A stretch of 64,000 bases of DNA, taken from Somniosus microcephalus (lineage: Eukaryota). Position numbers and translations under genes: made by a program. The notes beneath the pieces are model-generated. The model was not told where the DNA came from. It was given only the letters and a program-made list of their open reading frames with translations, and did no database searches. The DNA is taken from NCBI GenBank assembly GCA_052327205.1, contig CM126204.1, positions 43,958,001 through 44,022,000 on the forward strand. Direction: 5' to 3'. Of this stretch, positions 61,804 to 64,000 are shown piece by piece. Position 1 is the first letter of the stretch, and each line of letters opens with the position of its first letter.

Positions 61804-64000
61804 AGATATTGCTGCATATTCCCACCCCTTGCAGCCTGGTGCTTTGATATGAAAGCTGGTAATAAAGAGCAGACTCGATAAACTCGCTACCACAGCTAAC
61901 AAGCAATGAAACATCACATTGGTTGGCAATCTAATGAATCTGTGCATTATGGTCAGAATTTTTATTCTTTAGGAGAGATGAGATGAGGAATATATTGTGA
62001 AGAATATTAATATTAAAATAGATAACTGGTACAGTCCAGTAAAGTTTTAATACCAATTTAGAACGAACAGATTCATTTTCCCAAGGAATTATGCTTGACA
62101 TTCAGACGTTTGTATATTGCTCCAGGTAGTAAATTCTTCATATTGTGCAAAACATCGATTTAACACCATTTGAAACTAGTATTGAGTTTCAGTAGTCAAG
62201 TGATGGTCATACACGCCAGTATGAAAATTAAATGAACGTTTAAATGAATGTGAAAAAAATAAATGAATGTTGCTGTGCAACATCCAGTTCTAGTCTGTAA
62301 GCAGCTCTTAAGCATGCATACTTTGTCGATTAATCTCCCTTCGTAGCTTTTACTTATGCTAATTAGCAGAAAATTGCATTCTAGTTTTGTTAACATAGTG
62401 GATTTAAATAAACATAGAGCAACTTAATTAGTTAAATAGTTTAGTCAAGGTAATTAATTATCCGTTGGCTTCAGTGAAGTACCTTGTCACCAAAGATTGA
62501 TGTTTAAATAAGAAATTCTGAGGTAAACGATTAATTTCAAATCCAGAACTATGCTCGGACTTGCCCAATTTTGTGGCATTGAATGCTTAAAGTGGCTAAA
62601 ATATTCTACAATTGCGTTGACTACATCAGACGTCAAATAGGCCTTCAAATTTCCATGAACAAACATTTCTTAAATGTTCATTGTCAGTAGATTTGTATTT
62701 TTCAGAGCCAGTAGACATGTAGGGGATTAAAAACTGTCTAATTAACCACCTAATCCTGAATATGTTTATATTACTGATTTGGAGGGAAAATAATCTCCAT
62801 AGTTTTTAACTTGTATTCTCATTACAATAACTAATCTCATTCTCATTGTCAAGAACATGTGGTTCAGAATTATTGTAACAACATTTTGTGTAGCTTCATT
62901 TCTTTGTACTTCAATTGATTTTATTTTGGCATTGAATGAAACTCATCTTTTTTCAGTGTTGGGTGGTTGATGGGCGTTTGATCTCAGCGGGAGTGTTTTT
63001 TTCTCAACACCCACCTCCTACTCTGGGCTTTGAATGTTTAGACAGATATAATCGATGAGGTTCTTGGCTAGGCTTCACACTGTGATCGGGAAGAAAAACA
63101 GCCAGACAATTTTTCACCGGCTTAGCAAACACAAAGCATGAAATCCTTTAAAAACTTGATCCTTCTTATCCCCGTTCTGCCAGCAAGTACCCTCCCCTAC
63201 CCATTTCAAAATAAATAATGCTGAAGGCTGGGCAACTGTTAGTGGCATGTTGGTTTGCTCACAATATATTCTGTCCAGTATAGCATGAGTAAGGAACTTC
63301 TGGTACCAATCTAACCAGACTAGGGCCACTTTGTACTCGACCTACCAACAAGACCAGCGTGTGTCAGTATTGTTCGCTATTGTAGATCGTCGACGCAAAA
63401 GTGATTTGACAGTTTGATGGCAACTCGTGCAGGTTTTTAGTGAGGAACCACCTTATTTTTACTGCTGCCATAGAAAATTATTGGTTCAAATAGATAGCAA
63501 GCACTTTCTTTAATGACTGAACAAAGTAGCCTTGTAGTTCAAATTAGTGTGACGGGGGCAAAGGGCATCTGGGATTATTACCCTATTTGAGGTTTTGCAA
63601 GGTGATAAATAGCTAATAAATCCTCTTGCAAACTAGAGCATCTGCAACACACGTGACTTAAGTGAAGAGGGCGTAAAACCGTACGTTGACAGCAAGGTTA
63701 TTGCAAGTCGAGTGCAGTGTGAAAACTGGGAAACAGCAGTGAAATCTTAATCCTCTAGACATTGCAGGAGTGTTTGGAAGACCTTGCAACTGAAGTCACG
63801 GGCGGGCAGTTTTGGAAATACAAATAGTATAGGAATTGCTGTAACTTTTGCTGCTTTTAGCAGAGACAGTCCAAATATTTATGTCACTGAGGGCAGTATT
63901 CAAAACTTAGATTTTGTTTTCAGTAAGCTATGACACACAAACTTTCTAGGTTTTCCTATTAAATGAGCAAAATCCTGAGTTAAATTTTTTTTTTTTAAAT

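Noticed and set aside
54911-64000. Further FMN2 exons (AK.D...-type exon and C-terminus)
   Set aside because: No matching exon found by eye; presumably downstream of the window.

Overview
Eukaryotic, vertebrate DNA, very probably from a cartilaginous fish (shark-type CR1/HER1-like LINE tails, SacSINE1-like Deu-SINEs, Penelope-type repeats). Almost all of the ORF track is spurious. The window lies inside a + strand formin-2 (FMN2) gene: seven GT-AG exons (14840-54910) splice in frame to encode most of the FH2 domain, and the rest is repeat-rich intron with an N-gapped C/T tract (9.6-11.2 kb). The standout is a young, structurally complete 4.9-kb Gypsy/Mag-type LTR element (300-5205, - strand). 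It has 255-bp LTRs differing at 2 sites, a 5-bp TSD, a tRNA-Ser PBS and a PPT. Its ORF encodes Gag and protease but no recognisable RT, RNase H or integrase core. Instead the frame continues, through two TAGs and two apparent frameshifts, into a coiled-coil resembling host ANKRD24/RAI14/UACA sequence in scrambled order, a JAZ/matrin-type C2H2 finger and a basic tail. Other notable items: a twin-primed 5'-inverted RTE insertion with an 11-bp TSD, Penelope fold-back repeats carrying decayed minimal hammerhead ribozymes, and a three-layer nested insertion. Family and homology calls rest on my recollection of known sequences, not on searches.
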